DNA of 53,610 nucleotides from a virus, in the IMG/VR virus record IMGVR_UViG_3300021426_000022, positions 1 through 53,610 of that record. One strand, given 5' to 3'. Under the pieces are notes generated by a model. The model ran no database searches and was not told where the DNA came from. It saw only the letters and a list, made by a program, of their open reading frames with translations. Made by a program: the position numbers and the translations under genes. How positions within the stretch are numbered: position 1 is the first letter of the stretch; each line of letters opens with the position of its first letter. Shown here in pieces: positions 50,414 through 53,610 of this stretch.

Positions 50414-50907
50414 TCTTCCTTGCCTCCCTTTTCAGTTATGTTCTCATGTGTCCACCATAAGCATATCAGATTCCAGATGACCGCTCTGTCGTGCGGTTCG
50501 TCATCCTGTCCGTCCATCCACTTGAGATAGTGACGGATCGCGGAATCTATGTAGCAGTATTCCGGAAGTCCCTTCTCCCAGTTGCGTTCTCCGTACTTTA
50601 TCGCTCCCTGCTCAAAATGCTTTGACAGCTCCAACAGTGCCTTCGGGATCGTCCAATTACATACATTACAAAAATCATAAATTGCCATCAGGATATAATT
50701 CACATCTCCTGTCTGCTGATACTCGTAGACATTGGCAATCAATCCATCTTCGGCATCAGCATCACCGCTGATCATCGTTGCCACCTGCTCAAGCGGCAGG
50801 AGGTCGCATCTGCCCTTGCCTTCCGCCATGTCTCTGACTGCCCCCGTTTCAAATTCGCGTCTGTCTCCGCTGTCGAGGATACGTGTTGTCATTTCCATTC
50901 CGTCCAT
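50410..50907 (-). CDS. DUF5664 / dATP-dGTP diphosphohydrolase-N-like (MazG-related) nucleotide pyrophosphohydrolase candidate
   Basis: Pattern TGAVRD..EGKGRCDLLP...GAIKYGERNWEKG...SAIRHYLKW...DEPHDRAVIWN. Confidence 0.55.
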   Translation of the reverse strand: MDGMEMTTRILDSGDRREFETGAVRDMAEGKGRCDLLPLEQVATMISGDADAEDGLIANVYEYQQTGDVNYILMAIYDFCNVCNWTIPKALLELSKHFEQGAIKYGERNWEKGLPEYCYIDSAIRHYLKWMDGQDDEPHDRAVIWNLICLWWTHENITEKGGKEE

Positions 50908-51104
50908 AAGTACTCCTTTCCGTCTGTCCTGTCCCTCATCCTGATATCCACAACGTCATAGCCCACAAGCGACAGCACCTCGCGCAGGCTTTTAAGCATC
51001 TTGTGCAGCTGCTTCGGCAGGAATCTGGAAGGCTTGCCTTCCTTCATCACGTTGGCAACCGCCTGCTCCGCTGTCGGGTCAGGTAATCCACTGATGTTAG
51101 CCAT
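50889..51104 (-). CDS. Hypothetical protein (about 71 aa)
   Basis: Start placed at the ATG (MANISGLPDP...) behind GGAGAAGGGGA. The longer track ORF overlaps the upstream gene. Confidence 0.45.
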   Translation of the reverse strand: MANISGLPDPTAEQAVANVMKEGKPSRFLPKQLHKMLKSLREVLSLVGYDVVDIRMRDRTDGKEYLWTEWK

Positions 51105-51279
51105 TGTCATCGTCCCCTTCTCCATCATTCCCCATGAAATAAACATCCTTTCCGCAATGTCCGCATGAATCAGGAAGGTCGATTGGTGCCTTGCCATCAC
51201 TCACAAACAACGTGCTTCCGCACTCCGGACAAATATACCTTGCAAACTTGCCTTCCTGTCTTCTGATTACGTACTTCAT
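51097..51279 (-). CDS. Zn-ribbon protein (60 aa)
   Basis: CPECG...CGHCG. ATGA overlap with the upstream micro-ORF. Confidence 0.55.
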   Translation of the reverse strand: MKYVIRRQEGKFARYICPECGSTLFVSDGKAPIDLPDSCGHCGKDVYFMGNDGEGDDDNG

Positions 51280-51416
51280 TTTTCTCTTTCCTCCCATGCG
51301 TCATAATCAAATTCATCCTCTTCGTAGTATTCGTCATCGGTGCATGCCGCAAGAATTGCACCAAACATGATAATCACCAAAACAACCACAGCTAATATAA
51401 CCAGTACCTTAATCAT
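51276..51416 (-). CDS. Micro-protein (46 aa): signal/TM segment with a lipobox-like LAAC, then a poly-acidic tail
   Basis: Below the track cutoff. Hand translation gives MIKVLVILAVVVLVIIMFGAILAACTDDEYYEEDEFDYDAWEEREK. Coupled to both neighbours. Confidence 0.5.
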   Translation of the reverse strand: MIKVLVILAVVVLVIIMFGAILAACTDDEYYEEDEFDYDAWEEREK

Positions 51417-51588
51417 CCTGTCTGTCCCCCTGTTCTACGATGTTCTTGATTCCTTCCCAGTTCTCCACGATGAGCATTGCGAATCGGAAGCTGTCCTTCA
51501 TCGGTACTCCACATTTGTCTCTGAGATAAGGATTGAGTTTTCCTACTTTCTTCATCTGGCTTCTGTCCAGTGTTCCGTCTGCGTTCAT
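51409..51588 (-). CDS. Hypothetical protein (59 aa)
   Basis: Start moved to the ATG (MNADGTLDRSQ...) behind AGGAGAGACAAC. ATGA overlap with the upstream stop. Confidence 0.5.
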   Translation of the reverse strand: MNADGTLDRSQMKKVGKLNPYLRDKCGVPMKDSFRFAMLIVENWEGIKNIVEQGDRQDD

Positions 51589-51827
51589 GTTGTCTCTCCT
51601 TCCTGCTCCTTGCGCCACTCGTTCAGGGTCGTTTGTATAATGTCGGCCGTCAAGTCCGCAAACAAATTGTCCATACCTTTTAGGCGTTTTATTTGAGCGG
51701 TGATCCATGAGACCGGGATTGCTTCTTCAGTCTGAATGGTCGGCTGCATATTAACCGCATCAATATTTAACGGTATCCACCGTTCTGCACAAAATTCTAT
51801 TAGTGCATCTGCATCAATCAGTCTCAT
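51585..51827 (-). CDS. Hypothetical protein with an MRLIDADAL...NMQPTIQ N-terminal module (80 aa)
   Basis: N-terminus is paralogous to that of 52158-52709. SD is GAGAGGAGAGCCAA-ATG. Confidence 0.6.
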   Translation of the reverse strand: MRLIDADALIEFCAERWIPLNIDAVNMQPTIQTEEAIPVSWITAQIKRLKGMDNLFADLTADIIQTTLNEWRKEQEGETT

Positions 51828-52107
51828 TTGGCTCTCCTCTCATATCTGCACCGCAATACAAACAAAATTGTGCATAATAATATTGTTCTTCTGGAATCCA
51901 TGAATGGCACAAGCTACAAGAATAAGTGCCGTTATCATTTTGAATCCACTTTCCCTTCTTTCGCTTTGGCTGTTTTTTCAGCTTGGCTATTGCCTTGCTT
52001 GTAATATACTTCTGTCCTTCGTAAGCATTTTTGAGTAATTCTATATATTCAGCATCGTTTACACCGCGAACGTATTTAAAATCCTCAACCGTTATTCCTG
52101 CGCTCAT
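51814..52107 (-). CDS. Zn-ribbon protein (97 aa)
   Basis: CSLCHSW...CLYCG. Confidence 0.55.
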   Translation of the reverse strand: MSAGITVEDFKYVRGVNDAEYIELLKNAYEGQKYITSKAIAKLKKQPKRKKGKWIQNDNGTYSCSLCHSWIPEEQYYYAQFCLYCGADMRGEPNETD

Positions 52108-52157
52108 CAGTTCTTCTTTCTGTTAAAACCAGTTGCTTTATAATTTCCTTTTACACC

Positions 52158-52709
52158 TCATTTCACAAGCAAATCTCTTCCACACATCGGGCAGTATCTA
52201 ATTTTTGCGCTTCCATGCCATCCATTTGCTTTTAAACTCAGTTCCCACCCGTTTATGCCAAATCGTATAAATGCGTGTCCGTTCTTCTCAATTGGCTTTA
52301 CATAACCATCAGAATCTTTATTACAGTATTCGCAAACTCCCAAACGTGCGCGAAGTTTGTTTTCATCCCTTCCATGTCTGCACAATGCATAATATTCACA
52401 CGGTTCTGGCTGTGCAGGTGGCAACATGGACAATGTATATTTTACTGCGCTTCTTCTGATGCATTTGTCGCCGTCTGGCATTGTTGCAATATGTCCTATC
52501 GCATCTACTGCATCAATCGCCACCTGCCTGCCGATTGAATCGCACGTGTGTGTTTCTGCGTGCGTTTCCGTGCGTTCTTCTGGCTGTACGGTTGGTTGCA
52601 TGTTTATAAGAGCTTTTAAAGCACTGTGACTTCCTGCAAAATTTCCATCTGGGAGTGCGGGCAATTTATCGATATGCTGTTTTAAAACATCTGCGTCAAT
52701 TAATCGCAT
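52158..52709 (-). CDS. Hypothetical protein with an MRLIDADVL...NMQPTVQ module and a C-terminal Zn ribbon (183 aa)
   Basis: Start moved to MRLIDADVLKQ behind GGAAAGGAGAGCCG. C-terminus CEYCN...CPMCG. Confidence 0.6.
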   Translation of the reverse strand: MRLIDADVLKQHIDKLPALPDGNFAGSHSALKALINMQPTVQPEERTETHAETHTCDSIGRQVAIDAVDAIGHIATMPDGDKCIRRSAVKYTLSMLPPAQPEPCEYYALCRHGRDENKLRARLGVCEYCNKDSDGYVKPIEKNGHAFIRFGINGWELSLKANGWHGSAKIRYCPMCGRDLLVK

Positions 52710-53181
52710 CGGCTCTCCTTTCCGCAAGACCACAATAATTGTCCTTCGGCACGTATACCCGCTTATCGTCAGGATAATTCTTGCAATAGTAATTTACGCA
52801 ACATCTTCCACCGACATTAATTCCATACTCCACACTTACAAGTCCTGTTCCTAATACGTCAAAAGCTTCTTTCGGCATTTCGGAATATTCATAGCGCACA
52901 CCTTCGTTTTCAACATGCGGAGGATCATAATGAACGCACTCGCCGCACCGGATAATCTCCGGCTGCTTGGAGATTGCATCTGTCAGCTTGAAAATGGTCT
53001 GCTCGTAGCTGTGGGCTTTTTCCTGCCAATAGTCACGTTCTTTCCGTGTCTCCTGCAACTCCCTAAGCCATTCCGCAAGCTGTCTGTGCGCTTCAGCACA
53101 CGCCCGATCCCCGTCCGTAACCTCGCACCGGTCTACCACCTCTTCCGCATGGATAATCGCTTCTTCAAGTGTCATGCTCAT
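52696..53181 (-). CDS. Hypothetical Cys-rich protein (161 aa)
   Basis: SD is GGGAGGTGATTAA-ATG. Contains CGECVHY...CCVNYYC. Confidence 0.6.
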   Translation of the reverse strand: MSMTLEEAIIHAEEVVDRCEVTDGDRACAEAHRQLAEWLRELQETRKERDYWQEKAHSYEQTIFKLTDAISKQPEIIRCGECVHYDPPHVENEGVRYEYSEMPKEAFDVLGTGLVSVEYGINVGGRCCVNYYCKNYPDDKRVYVPKDNYCGLAERRADAIN

Positions 53182-53328
53182 TTAATCACCTCCCGAAAGC
53201 GCACCTGCGACCACAATGGCTATACTTATCAGTGATGCATCATCAGAGATAACCACTCCTTTTGCTCGCATGTATGATAGGGTTGCCGATGTAATAAGCA
53301 GAGCAATCAATGCATTTACAAATCTCAT
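53182..53328 (-). CDS. Micro membrane protein (48 aa)
   Basis: Below the track cutoff. TAATG coupling upstream and TAA-ATG abutment downstream. Hand translation gives MRFVNALIALLITSATLSYMRAKGVVISDDASLISIAIVVAGALSGGD. Confidence 0.5.
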   Translation of the reverse strand: MRFVNALIALLITSATLSYMRAKGVVISDDASLISIAIVVAGALSGGD

Positions 53329-53459
53329 TACACATCACCGTCCCTTCTTCGGTTTTTCTTTCCGTTCTCGCGTATAAAAGCATCTTTCCGTGCTTGTCTT
53401 CTTGCGTGACGCTCACGGTATTTCTTTTCACGGATTTTGCTGAGGGTGTCTGCACTCAT
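53328..53459 (-). CDS. Micro basic protein (43 aa)
   Basis: ATGA coupling to the junction ORF. Hand translation gives MSADTLSKIREKKYRERHARRQARKDAFIRENGKKNRRRDGDV. Competes with track ORF 53243-53455 in another frame. Confidence 0.45.
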   Translation of the reverse strand: MSADTLSKIREKKYRERHARRQARKDAFIRENGKKNRRRDGDV

Positions 53460-53610
53460 TCGGTCACCTCATCGTAGTAGTCGCACAGTTCCGGTACGCA
53501 TAAATCTCCATCATCGTCAAAATTATGCATCGGGCATTCGCTCAACACGTCAGGATGAACGCCCTCGCATGCACAACGTGCGTTATCCGGAAGCACATGA
53601 AATGCAATCC
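53456..53610 (-). CDS. C-terminal part of the junction-spanning 58-aa ORF (bases 53491-53610 duplicate 1-120)
   Basis: The reading frame is continuous from 142 through 1/53490 to the TGA at 53456-53458. Confidence 0.5.
   Translation of the reverse strand, partial: IAFHVLPDNARCACEGVHPDVLSECPMHNFDDDGDLCVPELCDYYDEVTE
53491..53610. repeat. Terminal direct repeat, copy 2
   Basis: Identical to bases 1-120. Confidence 0.95.

Noticed and set aside
53243-53455. 70-aa GTG-started ORF from the track
   Set aside because: It overlaps two shorter frames joined to their neighbours by ATGA, TAATG and TAA-ATG junctions with no gaps. That coupled arrangement explains the spacing better. Both readings remain possible without comparative data.
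1-53610. Stop-codon reassignment or an alternative genetic code (prompted by the odd tRNA-like genes)
   Set aside because: Every recognisable gene (terminase, portal, capsid, tape measure, methyltransferase, helicases, integrases) is full-length and uninterrupted under the standard code. No recoding is needed.

Overview
The window is a complete, circularly closed genome of a temperate siphovirus-type phage (long non-contractile tail). Bases 1-120 are identical to 53491-53610, so the unique length is 53,490 bp. The host is probably a Firmicutes/Clostridia-like bacterium: strong GGAGG ribosome-binding sites, sigmaA-type promoters, a Prp/L27-type cleavage motif, and an attP carrying a tRNA-Lys 3' half.

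All genes except four run on the minus strand as one densely packed, often translationally coupled series. In transcription order from the early promoter near 20.4 kb they are:
- tiny early ORFs
- a ~1.2 kb RNA island with three tRNA-like genes
- an orphan 223-aa protein
- a 0.64 kb G-depleted repeat tract
- HTH regulators
- a replication/recombination module: SbcC-like ATPase, Sak4-like AAA_24, DUF669-like protein, SF2 helicase, primase-helicase, an iteron-like origin candidate, RusA
- a second tyrosine recombinase, an XRE protein, a PAPS-reductase-like protein, and a C5 methyltransferase with six TRD-like modules
- (across the circular junction) many tiny Zn-ribbon and membrane ORFs
- a MazG/DUF5664-like protein and an ArpU/RinA-like late regulator
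- TerS, TerL, portal, MuF, Prp protease, scaffold, capsid, connectors, tail tube
- G/GT tail chaperones with a -1 frameshift, tape measure, Dit, Tal, a BppU-like receptor-binding protein, and a fibre made of repeats
- a C39-like peptidase and a CBM5/12 protein
- holin and a 769-aa multidomain endolysin

The plus strand carries only the lysogeny module: an ImmR-like repressor, an ImmA-like peptidase, a truncated MuF paralog and the integrase. A 0.68 kb repeat-dense attP follows.

The observations most worth a second look are:
1. The immediate-early RNA island, whose three cloverleaf genes all lack a canonical anticodon arm.
2. The adjacent strand-asymmetric CCTGCCAT repeat tract.
3. The MuF C-terminal paralog expressed from the lysogeny module.
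4. The C39 peptidase/CBM cassette and the 10-bp phased repeat array upstream of the lysis genes.
5. A roughly 40-aa YY repeat module shared by the fibre and the capsid C-terminus.

All family calls come from motif recognition by eye. No searches were run.
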